Translations under genes and position numbers: made by a program
NCBI RefSeq assembly: GCF_004010195.1
Contig: NC_057718.1
Coordinates: 69,711,213-69,775,212, forward strand
DNA: 64,000 nucleotides
Direction of reading: 5' to 3'
Source: Chiloscyllium plagiosum
Lineage: Eukaryota
Notes under the pieces: generated by a model
What the model saw: the letters and a program-made list of their open reading frames with translations, nothing else
What the model was told of the DNA's origin: nothing
Databases searched by the model: none
Shown here: piece by piece, positions 14,138 through 26,009 of the stretch
Numbering within the stretch: the stretch's first letter is position 1
How the letters are laid out: each line of letters begins with the position of its first letter

Positions 14138-14408
14138 AAGAGACAAAAAATACTTCAGGAGCTGGAATCCAAAGGTAGAAAGGCAGGAGGCTGGAAGAAC
14201 ACAGCAAGCCAGGCAGTATGAGGAGGGGGAGAAGTCGACGTTTCGGGTATAACCCTTCTTCAGGAATGGAGGTGGGGGTCGGGGGAGCTGCACGTTTGGT
14301 TGGATGAGTGTTATGGGTGGGGAGAGGGGCAGAATAGCGAGGTAGTGATAGCGATAGGTGAATACAGGTGGTAGGTCGATGGGAGGAATGAATCTGGTTG
14401 GTAGCGGC
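14138..14408 (-). mobile_element. Penelope-like element terminal repeat with hammerhead motif
   Basis: Minus strand ATTC-CTGAAGA-AGGGTTATACCC-GAAAC-GTC-GAC, followed by the tail shared with the other Penelope ends. Confidence 0.8.
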
Positions 14409-15151
14409 AACTATTTAAAAGAATGCATGGAGGAACTGTTCATTTCTGTCCAATACAAAAATAAAACATAAAAGGAGGCCTGACCACGGCTAACAAGGGA
14501 AATTAGGGATAGTCCTAGATCCAAGAAAGCAAACAAATTGACCAAAACAAATCAGCAGACCTGAGGATGAGGAGCAGTTTAATATTCAGCAAAGGAAGAC
14601 AAAGGGATTGATTAAGAGCGGCAATACAGAAATAGATTGCAAATGTTTCTGAAAGTACAAGAAGAGATAAAGATTTGTGAAGACAAGTACAGGCCCCTTA
14701 CATTCAGAAACAGCAGGAGTGGAACAAAGAGATGGCAAACCAATTAAATACATATTTTGCTTCTATCTTCACAAAAGGAAGATACAAATAATTGCCCCAA
14801 AATGTTGAAAAACACAGGATACAGTGACAGGGAGGAACTGAATAAAAGCAGTATTAGCAGGCAATTGGTCTTGGGACAATTGATGGGATTAAAGGCTGAT
14901 AAATTCCCAAGACTCAATTTTCTGCATCCCACAGTATATAACAAAGTGGCCCTAGAAATAGTGGATGTATTGGTGGTCATCTTTCAAGATTCTGTAATCT
15001 CTAAAGCAGTTATTATGCGTTGGAGGGCAGTTAATATAATCCTATTATTTAACAAAGTTGGTGAGAAAACAGGAAATTATAGGCCAGTTAGCCTGACATC
15101 AGCAGTAAGGAAAATGTTAGAGCCCATTATAATAAATTTAGTAGTAGCAAA

Positions 15152-15690
15152 TTTGATTTGATTTGATTTATTAATGTCACATGTAGCGAGATACAGTGAA
15201 AAGGTTTTGCATGCTTTTTGGACAAATCATACGTATTTCAGGTTACTAGAACAGATTGCAGAATCTAGTGTCAAAGCTACAGAGAAGGTGCAAAGGAAGA
15301 TCAACTCTAATATACAAGAGGTCTGATCACAGCAGGGAGAAGAAGCTATTCTTGAATTTATTGATATGTGTTTTTAAACATTTGTATCTTCTGCCTAATG
15401 GAACGGGATGGAAGAGAGTATAAATAGGGCGAGAGGTGTCTTTGATTACTTAGGATGGTTTCCCGAGGCAGCAGGAAGTATAGACAAAGTCAATGGAAGG
15501 AAAGCTGATTTGCATGATGGATTGGACTGTGTTCACAACTCTCTATAATTTATTGCAGTCTTGAGCACAGCAGCTGCCATACCAAGCTGTGATGCAGCCG
15601 ACAAGATGCTTTCTATAGTGTATATATAAAAATTGTTAAGTGTCATTGCGGTGTGGACATGCCAAATTTCCTGAGCCTTCTGAGGACAGT
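15152..15690 (-). mobile_element. Rex1/Babar LINE 3' end
   Basis: (TTTGA)n tail; homologous to the 3' part of the 28380-31015 element. Confidence 0.7.
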
Positions 15691-18194
15691 GACAGAATCA
15701 GATGAGTCAGCATGGATTTTCAAAAATAAATCATGCCTGAAAAATCTACTGGAATTTTTCAAGGACCTAATTAATAGAATTTACGAGGCAGTGCATTTGA
15801 CGTGGTTTACTAATGGCAGGCAACATGGGGTTCCACAAAAATAAGTACTTCGACCTCAGCTATTCACAATATATTAATGATTTCGACAAGGGAACTAAAT
15901 GCAATATCTTCATGTTTGTAGATAGCACAGAGTTGGGTAGGAGATTGAACTGTCAGGAGAATAGAGATGCTTCACTGTGATTTGAACAAGTGAGTGGGCA
16001 AATGCATAGCAGATGAAATATAATGTGGTTACATATGAATAGTAAAACCAAGGCAGCAGATTACCATGTGAATGATGACAGATTGGGAAAGGAAGAAAGT
16101 GCAATGAGACTTGGGTGCGCTTGAACACCAGTTGCTGAAAGTAAGCATGCAGATGCAGCAGGTGGTGAAGAATGTAAATGATCTGTTGGCCTTGCTCGTG
16201 AGTGAATTAGAGTACAGAAGTAGGGATGTCCTACTGCAGTTATACAGGGCATTGGTGAAATCAAACCTGGAGTGTGGTGTGCAATTTTGATCTCTTTTTC
16301 TGAGGAAGGATGTTCTGGCTATAGAGGAAGTGCAACAAAGGTTTACTGGACTGATTTCTAGGGTGACAGGACTGACATATAAAGACAAACTAGATGAGTT
16401 AGGTCTCTATTCACAAGTTAGAAAAATGTAAAAGGACTAGACAAAGTACACACAGGAGGGATGTCCCCAATGACTAAGAACAACAAAACCCAGGGCTCAC
16501 AATCTCATGATATAGGTAGGCTCCTTAGGAGAAAACGAGGAGAACTTTCTTCATCCTGAGGGTAGTGAACCAGAAAGTTGCTGAGGCTAAAACATTGAAG
16601 AACTTTTCAAGGAGGAATTAGACAGAGTTCTCAAGGCTACAGGGGGTCAAAGGGTATGGGCAGAAAGTTGGTACAGGTACTGGGCAGGATGAGCAGCCTT
16701 GACCTTATTTGAATAATGGAGCAAGCTCAAATGACCTTCTCCTACTCCTATTTTCAATGTTTTTGTAAAAGCATGCTTCCGGAGATGATAACATTTTCTG
16801 ATAAATGAAACTTAGCTTCACATTCAAAAAACCTGCAGGAAGTTTGAAACCTCAGTGGGATACACGCTGGCATCAGCTCACCTCAGGCCCTTGAATACTG
16901 TCCAAGCCTGACAAAGAATCTGAAAAGGTGCTCCTTTTGGGAGTGTATCAAATTTGAAAAGCTGTAGACATTGTTGCAAAATTGGTAAAAGTCCTCTCTC
17001 TCTCTCTGTAAATCCATAAACCTGATATTGCACAGATTGTGCTGGAGGTGTGAGTGGTAGTGGCAGAGGAATGAGATACAAACGTTAATTGTTTCTGCCC
17101 GAGATGCTGAGTATTTCTAGCTGTTTCTGATTGTATTTCAAACTTGTGGCATTTTGCTTTTATAAAACCGTTCACTGTTGTCCTGTGTAAAACTTGAAAT
17201 TGTCAGCCAACCAGACAGAACCTTATTTACAGATGTTGCTGTGGACATGCAACAAATGATTCTAAATCCATGCTCCTCACACATTTATTTGGATAATTCT
17301 ACTCATTTCCCCATACCAAGACAATTAAGCTGACTGCCTATTTCTTTTATTCTTTGCAGGTGTGGTCAAATGAAATGGATTAGGACACTTGCAAAACTTA
17401 TACCTCTTTTGGGAACTTTCTTATCTGAACAGACAGACAGAATTTTGATTTAAATATAGTTAAAAAATCACATGACACCAGGTTATAGTGATAAAATATT
17501 GGGGTATCAATGGTTAAAAACCTCCATTTTGTAAATCTCAATTTTGCAATAATAATTTGCCTTATAAGTTTAAAATGGCAGTCAGTGATGATGAAAACAA
17601 GAATTAAAGAATGCAGGGGACTCAGCATAACCTTGAAGATGTTCATCCTCAGGCTGAGCTGTCATCATTTCAATGACTAGAATATTGATAGCTGCTTTGC
17701 TTTATCTGCTTATATGCAAGAGAATGGCACCAGATGTAGTAACATCTAAATCAATAGCTTTGTTTTGACTTATGTGAACACCACTAGATGTATTGATTAA
17801 CTATTTTTGAATTATGAGAACTTTATTAGAGATAGTAACATTAAATTTTGTGGGAATATGAAACATGTGAATTAGTCACACGAGGGCTATAAAATACACT
17901 GCCTTTCTGCTAGAAATCAAGGATCTATCAAGAGTTCATCCAGAGATAGCTTGATTGCTACTCTAGAATATAGACTATTGATCTCTCGCCAGCTTAATCA
18001 AAATAAAGTGTGTTGAAACTAAAATTCTTGTGTGGTCTGAGATTTTTTGATTCAACAATAGTTCAACAGCTTTATTTGTAAGCACAAGCTGTTTTTTTGG
18101 GGGGGAGCGCAAGGGGCCTACCTGGGAAAGGGGGGGGGGGAAAGAGAGGGTATGCGTGTAGGATAGTGTGTCTGAGTGCACCTGAGTGTGAGAA

Positions 18195-18910
18195 TGTGCA
18201 TGCACACGTGTTCAAACAAGACTTCTTTGCTGCACAGGACCTCCGACCAACACTATATACCAGATACATTGACAATATTTTCTTCCTCTGGACTACATAG
18301 CGATAACAACAAGTTTCACCTCACCATCAGACTTACCATGGACTACTCCTTAAAATCAGTCTCATTCTTGGATAAGCACATCTTCATCAAGGACAGATGC
18401 CTCAGTACCTCACTCTATCGCAAGCCAACAGACATCCTCATGATGTTGCACCTCTCTACGTATTAAAAAAGCCATCCTCTATGGACAAGTCCTATGCATA
18501 CCCAGGATCTGTTCAGATGAGGAGGAATGTGCCGGACACCTGAAGGTGATGGACGTCCTCATGCGAACATGATACAATGCTCAACTCATCGATCGCCAGT
18601 TCCAACGTGCCACAGCTAAAAACCGTAATAACTTCCTCAGGAGACAGACACATAATACGACCGATAGAGTACCCTTCATCGCCCAGTACTTCCCAGGAGT
18701 GGAGAAACTATGCAGAGTCACCAAGCAGAGGCTGATAGCCAAGTTCAGTACCCATGAGAATGGTCTCAGCTGTGATCTTGGGTTCATGTCACACTACAGG
18801 GGACCCCACCACATTATGCACACCCTCTCAAAACAAAAATACATACACACACACACACACAGGCCCTCTTTCTCACACACACCCTCTCACAGGCATATAC
18901 ACTATCACAT

Positions 18911-18942
<32 letters not shown>

Positions 18943-19135
18943 GTCTATGGTATGAATTTGCATCTGCAGATACATTCTATTCCAATCAAAAAGCACACAA
19001 TCCATAGGCAGTCAACTCCATGTGATATTTTATAAATTCCTACTTTGGAAATAAAACTAGTCTTATTCAAGGTTGGGATACAGACAAACTTTAACCTCAC
19101 ACCTTTAGAGCATTGTCTGAGCTGAAAGGTCACTT
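18195..19135 (+). mobile_element. Penelope-like element (RT + GIY-YIG remnant)
   Basis: YTRYIDNIFFLWT, SVSFLD, TSLYRKPTD, QRLIAKFSTHENGL; (CA)n-rich 3' region. It probably resumes at ~20750-20822. Confidence 0.8.
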
Positions 19136-19199
19136 TTTTAATTTAAGGTTTTAATCAGTATATTATCTCCACCAGGTTAATAGGCTTGAATATATTGAT

Positions 19200-20750
19200 A
19201 TTAAAAAAGTTAATGTGTTGGAAACTCTGGGAAGCATCAAGATAGGTAAGTCCCCAGGGCTAGACCAGATATATCCAAGTTACTACGGGAAGGGAGGAAT
19301 GAGATTGCTGCGCCTCTGGCAATGATCTTTGCATCCTCACTCTCCACGGGAGTAGTACCAGGGAGTGAGGCAAATATTGTTCCTCTGTTCAAGACAGGGA
19401 AATAGGGAAATCCCTGGTAATTATAGACCAGTCAGCCTTACGCCTGTAGTAAGCAAGGTACTGAAAAGGATCTACTGATAGGATCTAGGAGTATTTGGAA
19501 AAACATATAGATTGATTCAAGTCAGCATGGCTTTGTGAGGGGCAGGTTATGCAATGGCATCCAGTTTTTTGTGGATGCGAAAAGACAGTTGACAAAGGTT
19601 GAGCAGTGGATGTAATGTATATGGATTTCAGTAAGGCATTTGATAAGGTTCCTCATGGTAGGATCACTCAGAAAGTTAGGAGGTATGGGATCAGGGAAAT
19701 TTGTTAGTCCAGATACAGAATTGGCTAGCCAAAAGAAGACAGAGTGGTAGTGGATGGAAAATATTCTGCCTGGAGGTCAGTGATCAGTAGTGCCCCGCAG
19801 GGATTTATTCTTGTGCCTCTGCTCTTTGTAGTTTTTATAAATGGATTTGGATGAAGTGAAAGGGTGGGTTAGTAAGTTTGCCGATGACACAAAGATTGGT
19901 GGTATTGTAAGTGGTGTAAAGGGCTGTTGCAGGCTACAAGACATTGACAGGATGCAGAGCTGGGCCAAAAAATGGCAGATGGAGTTTAACCTGGATAAAC
20001 GCAAAGTGATTGATTTTGGAAGGTTGAACTTTAATGTTGCAGACAGGGTTAAAGACAGGATTCTTGGCAGTGTGGAGGAACAACAGCATCTTGGGATCCA
20101 TGTACATGGATCCCTCAAAGTTTCCACCCAAGTTGTTAGGGTGGTTAAAAAGGCATATGGTGTTTTGGCTTTCATTAACAGGGCGATTGAGTTTAAGAGC
20201 CACGAGGTTTTGCTGCAGCTCTATAAATCCTGGTTAGACTACCCTTGGAATATTGTGTTCACGCATCCTTCGCATCATTATAGGAAGGACGTAGATGCTT
20301 TAGAGAGAGTACAGAGGAGATTTACCAGGATGCTGCCTAGACTGAAGGGTATGTCATATCAAGAAAGATTGAGTGAGGTAGGGCTTTTCTCACTGGAGAG
20401 AAGAAGGAAGAGAGGTGCACAAGGTAATAAGAGGCATAGATAGAGTAGATAGCCAGAGGCTTTTCCCCGGGGCAGAAATGGTTGTCATGATGGGTCATAA
20501 TTTTAAGGCGATTGGAGGAAGTTATTAGGGAGATGTCAGAGGTAGGTTCTTTATGCAGAGAGTGGTGGATGTGTGGAATGCACTACGGGCAGTGGTTGTA
20601 CAGTCACAGACATTACGGATATTTAAGCAATTACTGGACAAGCACATAGATGGCAGGTTGTAAGTTATGTTGATCTTAAATAAAGGTAAATGCTTGGCAC
20701 AACATCATGGGCCAAAGTGCCTGTACTGTGCTGTACTGTTCTATGTTCTA
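19200..20750 (+). mobile_element. CR1 LINE RT/3' portion
   Basis: 200-aa ORF with KFADDTKIGG and WQMEFN; TGTTCTATGTTCTAT tail. Confidence 0.9.
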
Positions 20751-20822
20751 TCTTGGCACAGTGACTTGAAAGAAATTTTGGGATTTACATAATCAAATTG
20801 AAACTTGCATCTCCATTTTAAG

Positions 20823-21600
20823 TAAGCTAGCTCACTGAGCTTGAAGATTTGTTTTCAGATGTTTCGTCACCATACTAGGTAACATCATCAGTTAGTGTCT
20901 CAGGTGAAGCGCTGCTGTTATGTCCTTCCTCTCTATTTATAGGTCTTGGTTTCTTAAGGTGGGTGATGTCATTTCCAGTTTTTTTTTCTTTTCAAGGTAA
21001 GGTAGATAGGGTCTAAATTGATGTGTTTATTGATGAAGTTCTGGTTAGAATGCCATGCCTCTTAAAATTCTTGTACATGTCTTTGTTTCACCTTTCCTAG
21101 GATGTGTGTGTTGTCCCAGTCAAAGTGGTGTCCTTCTTTGTCTGTACATATGGAAACTAGTGATAGTGGGTTGCATCTTTTGGTGGCCAGTTGATGTTCA
21201 CGTATCCTGGTGGCAAGTTTCCTGCTTGCTTGTCTGATGTAGTGTTTTTTAATAGTCCTTGCATGGTATCTTGTAAATTATGTTAATTTTGCTGGTGGTA
21301 TCTAATGGATCATTTAGGTGGATTAGTCGCTGTTTAAGTGTGTTGGTAGATTTGTGGGCTACCATGATGCCAAAGAGTCTGAGTGGTCTGGAAGTAATTT
21401 CTATTAGGTCTTTGATGTAATGTATGTGGCTCTAGGTTTTGGTTGCATTGTGACTGCTTGTTTGGATTTGTTTCTGAGGAATCAGCAAATTGTGTTTATT
21501 GGGTACCCGTTTTTCTTGAAAATATTGAGAGATATCTTTCTCCCGCTTTTTGTAGTTCTTGGGTGCTGCAGTGTGATTAACTCATTGAAATAATGTCTGG
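20823..21600 (-). mobile_element. Penelope-like element GIY-YIG 3' part (second family)
   Basis: HYIRQASRKLATRIREHQLATKR; hammerhead motif at 20858-20892. Confidence 0.8.
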
Positions 21601-21974
21601 ACTAGGGCATGGAGTAGACATGGCGGAAGAAGAGCTCCATATCATGGTGGGCCCAGAATTTGTTGAAATGGGGACTGACATTTATGTATATTAGTCCTTT
21701 CCTGAGGACAAACCGTTCGGCCTTAGAGTTCAAGATGAGGGGGGATCTATGGCAAGGCTCAAGATGAGGTTTTGGGGGTGGGGAAGGGAGTTCCTCAGGG
21801 GGAGAGGTGTATTGTGAGATGGTTGGGTAAGGAGGTAGAGCTGGTGTGCTAGCTGGCTGCCTGCAGGTAGGTAATAGGACTCCGGGGTGAGCCTGGGAAA
21901 TATAGTCAGAGTTTTGATTGCAGAGTGGGTGGAGGCAGAAGCTGGAGGGAAGTCAAAGCTGGTCAGAGTGTTTA
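21600..21974 (-). mobile_element. Penelope ORF N-terminal fragment (target of the Tx1 insertion; continues ~23503-23560)
   Basis: AERFVLRKGL..PHFNKFWAHHDMELFFRH. Confidence 0.6.
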
Positions 21975-23502
21975 ATTTTTTTTATTTCAAAAATATACTT
22001 TATTCATAAAATACTTTGATGGTCTGCACAGTTGGACATGCCATAGATACGTAAACATTCCATTTCTTTGCATACCGAAAACAGAGTAATCATTCCTATT
22101 TACAGGTCCGTACGATTACATTTTTAGCTGAGGTGTCAGCAGAGCCCAAATGACTGCTTGGGCCCCCTGTTCTTCTTTAGGCAGGCAGACGTTACACAGT
22201 GGTCTTTCCCCACCGCGCCTTGGCGGCAGCTGCCCCAAGCGTCAGCGTGTCCCTCAACACGTAGTCCTGGACCTTGGAATGTGCCAGTCTGCAACACTCA
22301 GTCGTGGTCAACTCCTTCAGCTGGAAGATCAACAGGTTTCGGACCGCCCATACAGCGTCCTTCACCGAGTTGATGATCCTCCAGGCACAGTTGATGTTCA
22401 TCTCGGTGTGCATCCCGGGGAACAGGCCGTAGAGCACAGAGTCCCGTGTCACAGCGTTGCTCAGGACGAACCTTGACAAACATCACTGCATTTCTCTCCA
22501 GACTTCTTCTGCGTAGGCACATTCAAGAAGGAGGTGTGTGACAGTCTCGTTCACCCCCCGCAGCCACTTCGAATGCAGTATGCGGTGCGGCTGAGAGTTC
22601 AGGCATGCATAAAGGATCTCACAGGCAGAGCCCTTCTCACCACCAGCCAAGCCATATCTTGGTGCTTGTTGGAAAGTTCTGGCGATGAGGCATTCTGCCA
22701 AATGGCTTTGACAGTCTGCTCAGGGAACCGCTCGACAGGATCCGCCCTCTCCTTTTCCCGAAGGGTCTCAAGGACACGACGTGCTGACCACTTCCTGATG
22801 GACTTGTGGTCAAAGGTGTTTTTCTTCATAAACTTCTCACCGAAGGACAGGTGATCTTTTATGGATGTTGGGCAGGCTTTGAGAGTCAGGAAGTCAGTCT
22901 TCTGTTGCAGGCTTCCCAGCGTCTGACCTGCTGTTGTATCCACTGTATTGATATGGTAAGTACAATTCAATTGCTGGTCAATGATAAATTACCAAATTAT
23001 TAATCAAATTGTTCATTATTCAGTTACTGCAAACAGCTCCCGAAATTCTTAATCCATTTCTTTAAAGATACCTCAAAGAGTTAATGCAAAGTGTGATTAG
23101 TTCTGGTTATAGAAAGCTGAATATGCTGAATCTCACTCAATTATTCCCAGAGGAGATCTTACATAGTGACAGCAATGTCCAGGTGTGAGGTGGAAGTGGC
23201 TCATGAGGCACAGTGTTGTAACTGCCTTGTTGCAGTTTTACTGTCAGATTAGTGTGTTTTACATTTCAGCAGATATTCAGGCATTCGAACTGGTCACAGA
23301 TGCACATGAGTCTGCGCATGGATAGCGGATCCGAGCAGAAAACGGCGACGTCATCCATGTACAGGGAGGCCTTAACCTGCAGGCCCCCGCTGCCAGGAAT
23401 AGTCACCCCTCTCAGGCTCGCATCCTTCCTGATGGACTCGGCAAATGGCTCTATACAGCACACAAACAAGGCAGGAGAGAGAGGGCAGCCCTGCCTGACT
23501 CC
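21975..23502 (-). mobile_element. Tx1/L1-clade LINE, 5'-truncated, with an internal foreign segment
   Basis: GVRQGCPLSPALF..LYMDDV; C-terminus ETVTHLLLEC..ARWGKTTV*; A-rich tail; TSD AGTGTTTA at 21967-21974 and 23503-23510. Confidence 0.88.
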
Positions 23503-23739
23503 AGTGTTTAGTGGGCAGAATCCAGGGCAGCATTGCCAGAGATGTAGTGATGGCAAATGTTAAACCAACTGGCCATCTCTATCTACTTATTTTAGCAAGC
23601 AAGCCATCAGGGATCTTATCAGTCTTCAGCCCCATTAAGCATACTAGTTATTTTCTCTGACTAGAGAAAATGGAGTCAGATGTCTACATCACATTAAGTC
23701 TGCTTTAGCCCATTAAGTTTGCACCAGTGAAAAACAACC

Positions 23740-25105
23740 ATCAAACTATTCTAATTCCACTTTCCAGCACTTGGCCCATAGTCTTGTATGCCTTGGCACT
23801 GCAAGCATTTATCTAAATACTTCCAAATGACATGGGGGTTTCTGCCTCTACCACTTTTACAAGCAGCGAATTCCCAATTCCAAAGACAAGTTGTATTTCT
23901 TTCCCCACTACTGCCACCTTAGACCCTTGATTATTTAGATTTTTTTTTGGAATGCTACTGTCTTCCATCCTGATGAATAACACAAAGGATTTATTCAACT
24001 CTTCTGCCATTTCCTGGTTCTTCATTTTCCCATCCTCAATCTCCAAGCAGCCAATGTTATCCTTTGACCACTCACTTCTTTATTTATTTAAAAAAAACTT
24101 TCATTGTCCATCTTCATAATACTTGCAAGATTACCTGCAACATTTAATTTCATCCTCTCCATTTTGATCATCTTTCATTAGTCCTTAGATCTTTGCTGTC
24201 ATCTAGCTTATTATTAATCTTTGCCACATTGAATGAGAAAAAAAAACATGCAATTGGATGCTATCCTTAACTTCTTCGGTTTACCATAGTTGGCTTATGC
24301 CCTTCCCAGAATCCTTCTTCCTCACTGAAATATATCTTTGTTGTGTGTCATGAATTGTTTTCTTAAACATATGCCATTTTTTCTCAATCATCTTTACTGC
24401 TAAACATCTTTCCAAGTTCACTGCAACTAACCTGAATTTCATTCTTCCTAAATTGTTTTAGCATAGTTCTACTATATTGTGACCACTTTTTTCTATGGAT
24501 CTTTTATTTTAGAGATAGATTTAATAAATCTCATTATACTTTACCAAGTCCAAAACATCCGGTTCCCTGATTGGATCCACGCATTGATCTAGGAAACTGC
24601 CCAAATGCTCTCTATGAATTTTTCCATGTGGCGACCTGTGGCAAACTGACTACCCCAATCCAAATGAAGATTTATCTCAATGATTAAATGTACTGCCATT
24701 CCATATGCCCTCATTATCTCTTGATTTGTTCTCTCTCCAATAGTATAGATTAGATTAGATTAGATTAGATTACTTTCAGTGTGGAAACAGGCCCTTCGAC
24801 CCAACAAGTCCACACAACCCTCCAAAGAGACCCATTCCTCTACATTTACCCCTACACCTAACACTACGGGCAATTTAGCATGGCCAATTCACCTAACCTG
24901 CACATTTTTGGACGGAGAGAGGAAACCGGAGCACCCAGAGGAAACCCACGCAAACACGGGGAGAATGTGCAAACTCCACACAGACAGAGACCTGAGTTCA
25001 ATTCCTGAGGCAGGAATTGAACTCAGGTCTCTGGTGCTGTGAGGCAGCAGTGCTAACCACTATGCCTTCATGCCGCCTAAACTGTTAGGGGGCCTACAGA
25101 CTACA
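23740..25105 (-). mobile_element. Old CR1 fragments interrupted by a SINE
   Basis: NQEMAEELNKSF; VVCRPP flanking the SINE. Confidence 0.65.
24748..25077 (-). mobile_element. HE1-type SINE
   Basis: (TTAGA)n tail and tRNA-like head. Confidence 0.9.
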
Positions 25106-25324
25106 AAATAGATGAACTCAGAACTAAATTTACCTTCCAGAGAGAACTGAGAGACTTTACAAGGATTGGTGAATATTTCTAGTTAGGTATTCGGTTTGTG
25201 TTTAGATCTGTCACCTTGCTCTTCTGTCTCATCTTGTTTAAAACTTGTTAAGCATAAGATTTTTGTATATTAAAATAATTACAAATACCAAGAAAGAAGT
25301 GTAAAGACAAGTAATTCTAGAGTA

Positions 25325-25982
25325 CAGAGGAATCTCAATTATCCGAATATCAATGATCTGAATTTCGGATCATCTGAACAAAATCAAGGTACCATAAAGA
25401 CATTACATCAAAGAGGTACGTGTATTCAGATTAGCTGTACGGAAGAATATATGAAAACGCTGGTAAAAACATAGAAACACAAGCACTTAAAGCAACAGCA
25501 ATTGGATTTTTTCTAACGTAAGAGTTAGTTTCACAGCCCTTTGCAAAAGTGCTTTATTGCCGTCACTTTAAACAGGGCATTCATGAAAAAATTGGCAGAG
25601 AAAGTAAACGCATGAGCCAGGTGGTGCTCCTGTCTTTCTATCATGACACTGAGTTCAGCGGAAACTGACAAATATTCTTGTGATTGTGGAAGCTGTTTGG
25701 GACCTTGCTTAATGTTGGAATTTCATATTTTATATATACATATATGTGTGTGATGGTAAGGATTTAGTCCTTCTCCGTTTAACCTGCAATACACAGAATG
25801 TAAAGATTAGTCTGTTTAAATAGCAGACTCATCAAAATTATAGATTTAAACAAACTCTCCGGTAGAGCAGTGTTAGATCAGCATGGTTTCCCTTGTTTAA
25901 GGTCAAATCACCTAACCAAATAATCAATTATCTGAATGAAATAGTGCCCGCCCATCTCACTTGGATAATCGAGGTTCCTTTG
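25325..25982. mobile_element. Tigger/pogo-like MITE with the same termini as 13198-13808 but a different interior
   Basis: TA|CAGAGGAATCTCAATTATCCGAA ... TTGGATAATCGAGGTTCCTTTG|TA. Confidence 0.85.
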
Positions 25983-26009
25983 TAATTGATTAATTAAATC
26001 AAACATAAA

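Larger units (their letters stand above)
12900..16760 (+). mobile_element. Old CR1 LINE ORF2 with nested insertions
   Basis: AVYRPP, NYRPVSLTS, LEYRSRDVLLQLYRAL; interrupted by a MITE, a Penelope end and a Rex1 tail. Confidence 0.8.

Noticed and set aside
16882..17420. Isolated splice-like sites (minus donor at 16881, plus acceptor at ~17359)
   Set aside because: No recognisable coding frame or partner site.
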